The notes under the pieces are model-generated. The model made no database searches. It was given only the letters and a program-made list of their open reading frames with translations, and was not told where the DNA came from. Both the position numbers and the translations under genes were made by a program. From the NCBI RefSeq assembly GCF_006345805.1, contig NW_021834411.1, positions 1 to 48,443 of the forward strand: a DNA stretch of 48,443 bases, in the 5' to 3' direction. Source of the stretch: Octopus sinensis. Its lineage: Eukaryota. Below, in pieces: positions 37,121 through 48,443 of this stretch (position 1 is its first letter; each line of letters begins with the position of its first letter).

Positions 37121-37505
37121 GTGGAGGCGCAATGGCCCAGTGGTTAGGGCAGCGAACTCGCGGTCATAGGATCGCGGTTTCGATTCCCAGACCGGGCGTT
37201 GTGAGTGTTTATTGAGCGAAAACACCTAAAGCTCCACGAGGCTCCGGCAGGGATGGTGGTGATCCCTGCTGTACTCTTTCACCACAACTTTCCCTCACTC
37301 TTACTTCCTGTTTCTGTTGTACCTGTATTTCAAAGGGCCGGCCTTGTCACTCTCTGTGTCACGCTGAATATCCCCGAGAACTACGTTAAGGGTACACGTG
37401 TCTGTGGAGTGCTCAGCCACTTACACGTTAATTTCACGAGCAGGCTGTTCCGTTGATTCGGATCAACCGGAACCCTCGTCGTCGTAACCGACGGAGTGCT
37501 TCCAT
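37121..37505 (+). mobile_element. Full-length tRNA-derived SINE, family C, with 12-bp TSD
   Basis: A box TGGCCCAGTGG, B-box-like GTTTCGATTCC; TTCTCTTTTTTA at 37109-37120 and 37506-37517. Confidence 0.9.
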
Positions 37506-37519
37506 TTCTCTTTTTTAAA

Positions 37520-37925
37520 TTCAAAAACGTCCTGTGTATCCTTCATTTTTGAAACACAAAAGTTGCGATTAGAGGGAGATATGGTTGTTATTTCATGTAG
37601 GTTAAGAAACCACACAGGAGCTTCATCAGTTATGGCTTTGTTGTTGTTGTTTAATTCAGGAGTCAGTCCAGATAGAGTAGATTAAAGGCTTTCCGGGCGT
37701 GATCATCTTGCCCTTTTTACAATTCAGAAACATCCAATGTCTCTTTCATTTTTAAACACGGAGCTGCGATTACTGGAGGATTTGATTATTTTTTTCAGCA
37801 GATTAAGAAACGATATTGGGGCTTCCTCTCTTAATGGCGTTTGTTGTTGTAGTTTTGCCCCACGTCAGCCTTGATCGGACAGACCTGAGAAGGTAGGCGT
37901 TCCAGCCATGGCAATCCATTTTATT
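37520..37925 (+). repeat. Degenerate ~200-bp tandem interspersed repeat
   Basis: TTCATTTTT.AAACAC..AG.TGCGATTA and GTT.AGAAAC motifs recur; related segments at 37060-37110 and 10400-10580. Confidence 0.55.
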
Positions 37926-37989
37926 TTGACTTCCTTTGGTGTGTATGTATCAGCCTAGTGTGTGTGCGCGCGCGTGGTATGGCAGCAGA

Positions 37990-38210
37990 AGATTGGAGAG
38001 GTGGTGGGAGATGGAAATTATGAAGACAATTCTAACTGAACCTTTAGATATGTTTTTTGCACTGCACCTACACTCTGATTAAGATCAAGTTTTCTAAAGT
38101 TTGCTCTCAAATTCTTTGTTATTGTTCCCAAGGCTTCAATAATAATCAGCATTATTATGACTTTGTTAACTTCTCCTTTCCAGCACCTGAGGATTTCATA
38201 TTTCAAGTCA
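37990..38210 (-). pseudogene. Second R4/Dong-type LINE 3' fragment
   Basis: LKYEILRCWK...IIIEALGTITKNL...VQKT, homologous to the PIVVGAFG...QK motif at 12.9 kb. Confidence 0.6.
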
Positions 38211-38227
38211 ATATAATAATTTTTTAA

Positions 38228-38560
38228 GGTAGCCAGCTGGCAGAATCATTAGTAAGCCAGGCAAAATGCTTAACGGTATTTCGTCTGCCGTTACGTTCTG
38301 AGTTCAAATTCCGCCGAGGTCGACTTTGCTTTTCATCCTTTCGGGGTCGATTAAATAAGTACCAGTTACGCACTGGGGTCGATATAATCGACTTAATCCG
38401 TTTGTCTGTCCTTGTTTGTCCTCTCTGTGTTTAGTCCCTTGTGGGTAGTAAAGAAATAGGTATTTCGTCTGGGGTCGATAAAATAAGTACCAGTTGAACA
38501 TTGGGATCGATGTAATCGATTGCCTCTCCTTGTTCCAAAATTTCAAACCAATATAATACA
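38228..38560 (+). mobile_element. Family-B SINE plus partial duplicate
   Basis: TTACGTTCTGAGTTCAAATTCCGCCGAGGTCGACTTTGC. Confidence 0.85.
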
Positions 38561-38899
38561 ATACCTTTTCTTTTTCCTTTCATTTTACTCCGGTATCTAA
38601 TAGGCATGGCCATGTCGGTTACAATTCATAATTTATTCTTGTCTACCTCTACAATATGCGGTCTGTTGTGTTCTAGTCTTTTTTGTTTAGGAAAGTCCAA
38701 CAACCCCACTTCAATTGTTTTCAAAGTCTATGCATTTCTATTCCTACAAAATGGTTATAGTTTTTCCTATCCACAAATTTCCTAAAAGAAAAATTCCATT
38801 GATTTTTGCGGTACTCTTATCATGTCTGCACTTGTTGTATTCATTCTGAACTCACTGAGAATATTCCGATATATATTGTGAGCTAAGTCTCATATGAAT

Positions 38900-39142
38900 C
38901 ATTGTACATTTTACAACTGGGCGACGGCCTGTGAGCTTGGTGGTCAAGATGATCCTGGACCTGTGGGGTCTCCTGATTGTCCCTTCCGTCCACATATTTT
39001 CTATACTATGCCTACTCTTATCCCATTTTACACTCTTTTTCCTTTCATTTCTCTCATCTTTTCATGTAAACCCCCAGCACAAATTGTAAACTGTTTTTGT
39101 AATATTGCCCTCATTTATTGTTCCTGTGGCAAATAAAAGAAG
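38900..39142 (+). mobile_element. Probable Tx1-type LINE 3' UTR fragment
   Basis: Ends CCCTCATTTATTGTTCCTGTGGCAAATAAAAGAA, similar to the 13275 element end CCCTCATCCTTCGCCCTTGTGGACAATAAAAAGAA. Confidence 0.5.
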
Positions 39143-39512
39143 TCCTCCTCCTCCTCCTCCTCCTCCTCCTCCTCCTCCTCATCATCATCATCTTTCATCT
39201 GTTTTACGTTCTGAGTTCAAACGACGCCGAGGTCGACTTTGCGTTTCATCCTTTCAGAGTCGATAAAATAAGTACCACTTGAGCACAGGGGACAGTGAAA
39301 TCGGCGAAATTGCTGGCCTTGTGCAAAAATTTGAAACTGTTGTTATTTATTATTATTTTTGAGTGAGAGAGCAGCGCATGCCATCAAAGTGACACTGGGG
39401 TAAAATATACGAAGCCCAATATACCCTTGATGACTACTCATCTGATAAGGGTACACCAGGCACATGATAACAACCATATGTGCGCCACATGGTGATATTA
39501 TTATTATTATTA

Positions 39513-39553
<41 letters not shown>

Positions 39554-39615
39554 TTATTATTATTATTATTATTATTATAATATTTTAAAAGGAAAACACA
39601 CAATACGAAGAGCGC

Positions 39616-40219
39616 GATGGAATGACATCATCAGTCTTCAAATTTTAAGTTTACAACTGCCAAAACAGAAAAAGAAAGAAAAAAAGAGGGAAAAAAAAGA
39701 AGAAAAAAGAAGAAAAAAATTTAATCAAACAGTTTTGTGTAAATATAATGAAATTCTCCTGTCATGTTATTCATTCCTCCAGGGCGTGATGTTAATAACC
39801 CGGAAACATATTTCTCCCCATGCATTTTGAATATTGAAAGTATAGCAGATTCAGAATATTTTCTGAGAATATGCACTTTCAAGTCTTTTTCAAAATTGCC
39901 GAACATTTTGCATCAAACGGTTGCAATTTTGAAAAAAGACTTGAAAGTGCATATTCTCAGAAAATATTCTGAATCTGCTACACTATCAGTACTGAAAATG
40001 CACGGGGAGAAATATGTTTGCAGGTCATTAACATCATGCCCTGGAGGAATAAATAAAATGTCAGGAGAATTTCATCATATTTCCACAAAACTGTTTAATT
40101 AAATATTCTTCTTCCTTTTCCATTTCTTTTTCTTTTCTTCCTTTTTTCTTCTTTTTTCTTTCTTCTTCTTTTTGCCGGTTGTAAATTTGAAATTTGAAGA
40201 CTGATGATGTCATTCCATC
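39616..40219. repeat. Long foldback, arms ~284/297 bp, 23-nt loop
   Basis: 39616-39899 is the imperfect reverse complement of 39923-40219. Confidence 0.92.
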
Positions 40220-40381
40220 AACGTGGGGACACTGGTTACCCTCGTTTTAGATTTGAGTTTCTATAATTTTGAATTTCTATGTATCACTTTTCATTTTGAA
40301 CTCGACAAAACAGCCTAGCTGTTGAAATATCGTCCAAGCAATAAAATATCTATTGCAATCGTGCTCTTTGTATTGTCTATT

Positions 40382-40511
<130 letters not shown>

Positions 40512-41261
40512 TGCTAAAATATGAACCAGATGTTTTTTTTATCGTTCTGTAGAATTAATATTTTTGCTGTCGACATTATTCTTTCAAGGACTCTTTTGTA
40601 ACTGTGCTCCATTTTGTAGCTAATCTGGCCAACGGTATGAGGTACTATTTTTGGTTTGTTGTTTTGACCCTAATCGGGGTTACGTTTTCGTTTTTTAAAT
40701 TTTCATAAACTACACATTAAAAAAGAACCCCCAATTCATTTGAATGTGGCGTCTTTTGTTTCTAACAAAAATGACAACGAAAGATACTGAATAACAAAAG
40801 CAACATAAAAAACAACAAAAACAAAAGAGTAAACTAAGTTTAGAAGAAGAAAGTTAGCACTTCAAGAAAATTACGCTGTTTTCTCTTCGTCACTCCAACA
40901 ATATCTATATATGTTGGTGGACTTGTTGCCGGCTGTAGCATAGCTGTAACAGTCAATAACACTAGCATAACATTTATGAAGGGCCGTTTGCCCTTCCACC
41001 ACCATATCGAGCAACACTGTACATATTATTGCTCAAGGTGGAGCCGGCGGTGATAGCAGAAAAAGAAGAAAAAGAAAACCAATACCAGTAATTAAGCTCT
41101 TCAACACATGACACCTCCAGCAGCGAAAACACCACCAACATCAACAATAACAATACATTTACAATAAATATCTGTCAATCTTCCCTCAAAGATCAATTAT
41201 TTTCCATAAAGAATGACCCCAGAATTCTTTCCCTAACGAATCGAAGGCCAAGCTGAAGGAG

Positions 41262-41608
41262 AAGTACGTGGGCATAGTGGTTGAATGAGTCCAATATGCC
41301 TAAAGAACTAATGAATGAGGAGAATGGGGAAGAGTGTATTCTCCCATTGACTGTGACACGGTACAAGGAAACGTATAAGTACGTGGGCATAGTGGTTGGA
41401 ATGAGTCCAATATGCCTAAAGAACTAATGAATGAGGAGAATGGGGAAGAATGTATTCTCCCATTGACTGTGACACGGTACAAGGAAACGTATAAGTACGT
41501 GGGCATAGTGGTTGGGATGAGTCCAATATGCCTAAAGAACTAATGAATGAGGAGAATGGGGAAGAGTGTATTCTCCCATTGACTGTGACACGGTACAAGG
41601 AAGCGTAT
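41262..41608. repeat. Minisatellite, 3 x ~115 bp, near-identical
   Basis: AAGTACGTGGGCATAGTGGTT starts at 41262, 41377 and 41493. Confidence 0.95.
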
Positions 41609-42582
41609 GTTTGTTCTTTGAAAATACGACAGCATCTAGTGAGATAGGCTGAGTTGGTGCCTTACACAGCAGTTACCCAGGGAAAAAAGACACTAGCGCC
41701 ACTACTAGAGATATTTGTAGTGACGTTTACCTTTGGAATGTCGTCACTTTTGCGATACATCGAGTAAAGATTATGCATGGAAGTGAACTGTATAACATGT
41801 AGCCATGTGGGTTTTGCATGGATCTAAAGGTTCTGTGTTCTGTTCTAATGTTCCCTGGGGAAGACCTCACTGCTATTCCTGAACTGTAACACATATAGGT
41901 TAAGAAGAAGGAAGGTCATTCAAATTGATGGTTCAATTCAAATTGATGGTCCAGTTGCTCCAAACGTGGTAGGAAAGACCACCTGAGTGACTTGTGCATT
42001 CGAACAAAAACTCTAGTAATTGGTATACATGTCGTTCGCCAGCACAGTACAGATCCACAGATTTTCTGTTTTCACAATTTATCTGTCCTAATGCTACTAC
42101 AATGTCCTCTGTTCCTTGCCCGTGATTTTCCCAGCTACAGACAATTTGCAGCTCTTCAAAAATAAACATCAATGACAGTGTAAGCGGTCCTGCGAAGGTC
42201 AAGATCACAATCGCTTTCCCCGAACGCAACAATATAAATATCTCGACATTGTTTTCGCACAAATATTTTTTGCTACTGAACTGATTTATTATCACAGCAG
42301 CTTTTACTCTCAATTCTTTCTCTCAAAAGGGTCTAAAAAGACTAGAAACCAGTCAGATAGAGTCATTTTTTCTTGTCACATCAAAATATAATCTGTGGTG
42401 TAACTACTTCGTTGACTTTTCATAACGAGGCTAAATTCTATGTTTATTAACAAAAGAATACTTTACATTTCGAAACCAAAAACAAAAAGAAGAAGAAAAG
42501 TGTGTCGTGTACTATTAATTAATAAATGTGTGTGAGTGTGTGCCTGTGCATATGTAAGTATACATATGTACATAGACACACA

Positions 42583-42624
<42 letters not shown>

Positions 42625-42940
42625 TATATATATATATATATATACACACAAACACACACACATACGTGTGTGTGTGTGTGTATATATATGAACATACAGA
42701 CACATACACGCACATACAAGAGGGGGAAATGAGAGAGAAACATGATTTGATATTTCATTTGATATTTACGTTAAAAACAACAAAATCACCAAAGAAATAC
42801 GAAAACCAAAAAATATAAATAGGAACACAAAACCAAAACAAAACATTCTTTTTCTAATTCTGTCTCTTCTTCTCTTTCCTCTACCTTTCAACTCTCTCTT
42901 TCTTCTTTTCCCTCTCCCTTCTTTCTCTCTATATCTATTC

Positions 42941-42975
<35 letters not shown>

Positions 42976-43079
42976 TATACATACATACATACACATATAT
43001 ATATACATACATGCATACATATATATACATATATGCATGTATATATAGATATATGTATATATATACATATATATGTATG

Positions 43080-43118
<39 letters not shown>

Positions 43119-44097
43119 CTCCTCCTTTCGTCATCCTCTTCCCCATCATTTCAAATTAAACAGCAGTTTTGTTTAAAACAACACTCTATTGCCATTTTAT
43201 AAATTTACAAACAAAAAAATCACACATTTTCTCACCACCTCTGCTTCTCTCTCTCTCTCTTTCTCACATTCTCTTTCATTTTCTCTCATTTTCGTCAAAT
43301 ATCTATTTTAATATTGTTGCTGCTCTTGTTGTTGTCATATAATACAAATTTTCTTTTCTTTTTGTCGATTTTTTGTTCAGTTTTGGCTTGTTTTGTTTTG
43401 TTTTAAGCTATTTTTTCGCCTTTATATCGCTTTTATTTCAAACTTCAGACAATTCTCCTTCTACCCCCCACAACCACCTCCCACTCCCTCTCACTTTTAG
43501 TTCTCTCTATAAAGTATAAACACACAAGCAGACGACATACATACGCATCTACACACGCTCTCTCCTCTCTCTCTCTCTCTCTGTCGCACTATCTTACCCG
43601 CTCTCGCTCTATCTCTTCGACTCTGCTTCTCTTTCTCTTACCATTTGGAAACTAAAACAACACAGAAAGATATTTTATCTTTTTCTTCGCTCTTTTATTT
43701 TTAATTCCACACCTCTCTCTTTGTAGTTATGGGTACATATTGTATGTATATGTGTACATATGTATGTATGTATGTTTGTAAATATGTGTGAATGAATGTA
43801 TGTATTGCTTTTACTCTCACTTTCATGATATATGTAGAATATATATATTTTTGGATGTATGTTTGAGTGTCTTTTTCTACGTGTGTGTTTGTGTAAGTAT
43901 ATGCATAATATATATGTGTATATAACGATGTGTGTGTGTGTGTGTGCGTGTATGCATACACATATACGTATGAGCATATATCTATAGTTAAATAGATAGA
44001 TAAATGGATATATAGATGTTTTCCCTCCCTCTCTGTCTCACATACACACACAAAAAAAATATATACAGATATACACATATACACACAAATACAAATA

Positions 44098-44129
<32 letters not shown>

Positions 44130-44291
44130 AATATATCCATAAACAAAAACACACACACATACATAAACACATACACTCATATATATTCTTATTTTTGTTT
44201 AGTCGTCTGCGGTCTCTTTGAAATACAACTATATTTCCACTTAACACGTCATTCTCATGTCTGCAACCAGAAACTATACATATATAGCATC

Positions 44292-44323
<32 letters not shown>

Positions 44324-44662
44324 ATATACATATACAGACATACACATATGCATATATTTCCTTTTATATGTATGTATTTAAATACATTTCTTAGGTTTTA
44401 CTTTTTCGGAGGTGTTTTTTTGTATTTTATCTATTCTTATTTTTGTTGTTTTTTCTTTTTATTTAATCCGCCTTTGTTTTGTTTTGTGCTTGTTATTCAT
44501 TGTTGTTATATTTCTGGCTCTGATTCAAAAGTCAAGAGGCATTTTCTCTATATTTACATTAGTTTACACTCCCGCCATCTTTCCTCTCGCCTCCGCCATC
44601 TTCCCTCGCTATGGACTTATAACACTTCGCGGCTCAATCGCCTAGTTATTACACGTTCACAC

Positions 44663-44693
<31 letters not shown>

Positions 44694-45457
44694 TGTATGT
44701 ATGTATGTATGTATGTATGTATGTATGTATGTATGTATGTATGCATGTGCATACGTATGCGTTTATGTATATTGTATGAAAGTGTGTATTTAGATATATA
44801 TGTAGGTGTATAGGCATGCGAGCGCGCGCACACACACACAACACACACACATAAACACACGCACACACAACACACACACACACATATACACACATAAAAA
44901 GGTATATGCTTATATCTACATATACTGTATATACATACACATGTGCACATACACGTAAGTATATATAAATATATGTACATACACCTAAGTATAAGTATAC
45001 ACGCACAAACATATGTTCATATATATACATACATATATATTCATGTATATATACATATATGTATATATATATATGTATGTATGCATATATATACATATAT
45101 AAACGTTATATGTATAGATATATATGCATATACATGGATATGTATATACATACATATATATATATGTATATACATACATGTATATGTATATATATACGTG
45201 TATGTATATATATTATATGTATATACTCAAATATATGATAGTGTATGTGTTGTTAGTTAATACCAAGTCAATGATAAAGAGAACTCCGTACAGGTTAATT
45301 ATAGAGAAAAGTGAATGGAATTGCATGCGTGTATATGTATATACTCATGCATACAATATATATGTTCTTTTATTCCTTTATGTTTCATCCCGAAGGCTGT
45401 GGTCATATGTGTGCGTGTGTGTTTGTGTGTGAGTGTATATATATATATATATATGTA

Positions 45458-45500
<43 letters not shown>

Positions 45501-45509
45501 ATATATTCT

Positions 45510-45860
45510 TTTACTTACTTTAGTCATTAGATTGATGTCATGCTAGGGTACCGACTTGAAGGATTTTAGTGAAACGAGTCGAGCCCACTACTTATTTTAT
45601 AAACCTGGTTTTTACTCTCTTGGTCTGTCGGAGTCTTTTGCCGAAACGCTTGAATACGATGAAGTAAACTTAGCAACACGGCTGTCAAGCGGGGATGGGA
45701 AAAAAGGAGACACGCACATGCACTCTCTCTCTCTCTCTCTTCTCTCACACACATTCATCGGGCTTCTTTCAGTTTCCGTCTACCAAATTCATTGACAAGG
45801 CTTTTGGTCTCTCCGAAGAAGAAGACACCTGTCCAAGGTGCTACGAAGCGAACTTCTTTT
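45510..45860 (-). mobile_element. Degenerate family-A SINE body
   Basis: TCTTTTACTTACTTTAGTCA tail and CGGGCTTCTTTCAGTTTCCGTCTACCAAAT match family A. Confidence 0.7.
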
Positions 45861-46221
45861 CCCACAGGTATGCTTTCGTTGATATATATATATATAAGAG
45901 GTGAGGACCAAAATCCTTAAAGGGATGTCAAACCTCCAAGTCCGCCGTTATTATGAATTAAAGAAAGATCGTCTACACCTACAATTTTTCTATTCCACCA
46001 CACCACACCCACACACAACACACACGCGCACACACACACACACACACACCACACACACACACACATATATATATATATGTATATATATATATGTATGTAT
46101 GTATATGTATATGTATATATATACATATATATATATACATACATACATAATATATATGTATATATATATATATATATAATATATATATATTTCAAAATAA
46201 GCAATAGGATATCAAGAAATG

Positions 46222-46309
46222 ATGCAGTACGACCGTTTCAAACGGCTCCATTTAATTGAACAATGCAATCATTACGTCAATTTAAATGCAGGGCTATCCT
46301 CAGCTGCAC
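46222..46309 (-). ncRNA. Type I hammerhead ribozyme, intact core, GUA site
   Basis: Minus: GTGCAG-CTGAGGA-(57-nt stem II with CATTTAAATTGA/TCAATTAAATG)-GAA-ACGGTCGT-A-CTGCAT. Confidence 0.82.
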
Positions 46310-47395
46310 AGATATAATTTTTTTAATCAGTTGGACACATTAATTTTACTTAAATTCTCTAATAGAGCAAGAAGAGGGGAAAATTCCATGTTGCAACTAA
46401 TGTAGCTCAAAATATACTTCACTTCTAAGAACTGTATGAGGTTTGTTAGGGTCATAGCTTGTAAAGGATTGTGGTTCATTTTTAATTTATTAGTCTATTT
46501 TATCAACTACCAAATTTAAGGCTAGAGGACAGTGTCTGTTTAGAATGGATAGACGGAGTGAGTTGATAGTTTATAGTTGGGTATAGTCATAAATATTGTC
46601 AGGATTTTCGGAAATGTGTAAGTAATTGTCTATAAAGGAGGCTGGGTAGGGGAAGACCCTAAATCAAGATGTTAATTACCAGTTAAAGAGGCAAGACGCT
46701 AATAAAACCTATGATGTTAATACAGAGGAAATTATCATGGGGTACAATGGATGATTGCATATTAACAATATTATTATGTTGTATGAAGATAAAATTTAAG
46801 ATTACTAAAAATGGTATTATAACCAGAATAGATAAACTGTGTATATATACCAATTTTCAACATTAGAAAGGGAAGATTACATAGAATTAGTTAAATATTC
46901 ATTCATGTATTTACTTATAAGGTGGTTTCTATAAAGATTACTCTGGGTATTTACTTGTGGAATACTGGGGCGATAAATCATGCTATCTTTATTTTAATTG
47001 TAAGCTAAGAATCAGAAAAAATCGGAAAAATAAGTTGTGTACAGATACATACACATATTTAGCTATGTGCACACATGTAAATATATACAAAAATTTGTAC
47101 TTTATTATGAGTATGTTATAATCAACTCTTCTAGACTTAAGTATCCAGAAAATTTACATTTCTCTTAAAGAACATTAATAACTTATAAGAGATAAGAAAG
47201 AGGTAAATAGGTAAAGGTATCAAAATAAGCAAACATAATAATAAGAAATTATAGAGAATAGTAAGAAAATATATATAACTTACTAATGAGCTACATTGGT
47301 AGCAACATGGACCTTTTCCCCCTTCTTGCTCTATTAGAGAATTTAAGTAAAATTATATTAATGTGTCCAACTGATTGAAACAATTCTATTTGTTT

Positions 47396-47483
47396 ATGCA
47401 GCTGAGGATAGCCCTGCATTTAAATTGACGTAATGATTGCATTGTTCAATTAAATGGAGCCGCTTGAAACGGCCGTGCTGCAT
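47396..47483 (+). ncRNA. Hammerhead paralogue with G at the cleavage position (GUG, predicted inactive)
   Basis: ATGCAG-CTGAGGA-(57 nt)-GAA-ACGGCCGT-G-CTGCAT; perfect stem I and palindromic stem III. Confidence 0.8.
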
Positions 47484-48309
47484 CACCTCTTGATATCCTG
47501 TTGCTTATTTTGATTTTATTCACTTTACTTTGGGTTGTACAGACAATACAAACATGACTTGGTGCTTCAATTAAGTACCTAATTCAACTGAATCTCAATT
47601 ATATATTATATATATATATATATATCTTATATATATAATATATATATATATATTATATAATATATATATATATATATATACACATACATACATACATACA
47701 TACATACATACATACATACATACATACATACATAGACAGACATGCATACATACATATAAATGTGTGCATAATACTCACATACATAAAACCACATACACAC
47801 ACACATAAATATCTAGCTATGTATATATGAGTAATACATACTCTGTCTTCCAAAACTGTGTTCCGTATTCTATAAGTCAGGCTGTGACCCAAGTCAAAAT
47901 GTATTTTGTTTGTCAAACATTCTTTATGAAGCACTTTTCTAGTAACATCTCGCAAGTTTAGACGGCTTGTAAAGTGCTCCAGGCGTATAAGACACACGTA
48001 TTTGATTTTTTTTAATCGCCACGCGTCTAATGCAGCCACATTAAGGATAGGAAACGAAGCACCATAGTGAAGGGAGCAGGTTGAGCCTAAATCCATTTGG
48101 TCTTGATAATTGTTACCAATAAATGTAATTGGGGACAAGCCAGAATATTACTGGCTATTGGCTTGCAATATTATATGATTCGTATGCTGTTATATGGGGA
48201 CGTCATATCGTCTCATTATTCTTCCTTCTCCAGCATGTATAATCCATCTCTGATGTATGTTTTACATTATTCAATGGCTACGTTACATTTAATAAACATT
48301 TTTTTTTTA

Positions 48310-48400
48310 TTGTCGCGGACCAGTACCGGGTCGCGGACTAGTACCAGGCCGTGTGTCATTTTGTACCGAGTCGTAGAGAAAGAATAAACTTTTAGGTTTT
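48310..48400. mobile_element. Possible hAT-type DNA transposon relic
   Basis: GTCGCGGACCAGTACCGG-GTCGCGGACTAGTACCAGG duplicated motif resembles hAT subterminal repeats. Confidence 0.3.
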
Positions 48401-48443
48401 ATTTCCGTTTTATTGATTATTGTAACATGTTTTTGTAAGTTGA

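Larger units (their letters stand above)
46192..47513. mobile_element. 1.3-kb element with ~220-bp inverted arms, each containing an outward-reading hammerhead
   Basis: 46192-46409 is the imperfect reverse complement of 47287-47513. Confidence 0.88.

Noticed and set aside
37121-37200. tRNA gene
   Set aside because: A/B boxes belong to a SINE head with a TSD and a multi-copy body; no complete cloverleaf
40880-42313. Decayed coding sequence around the 115-bp tandem
   Set aside because: Some peptide-like stretches but many stops and no family I can name

Overview
Eukaryotic, very AT-rich, microsatellite-dominated DNA. The SINE families look like those of Octopus (inference from recognised repeats, not a database result). 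No host protein-coding exon, rRNA, genuine tRNA gene or CRISPR array can be supported, and nearly all listed ORFs are microsatellite translations or antisense shadows of transposons. Recognisable elements: a nearly intact Penelope-like retroelement (RT + GIY-YIG, minus strand, 24563-27061), Tx1/L1 and R4/Dong-type LINE fragments, an internally deleted mariner, Helitron/Helentron-type non-autonomous elements, many tRNA-derived SINEs and several foldbacks. The main signal is a dense set of type I hammerhead ribozyme (HHR) motifs from about seven sequence-unrelated families. These include (i) a 98%-identical 356-bp tandem dimer with one HHR per unit, i.e. the architecture of a circRNA-producing non-LTR retrozyme (8641-9364), and (ii) a recurring architecture of back-to-back (divergent) inverted HHR pairs (15.0 kb, 15.4 kb, 33.6 kb, 46.2-47.5 kb). 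All folds were paired by eye; none was computed or tested.
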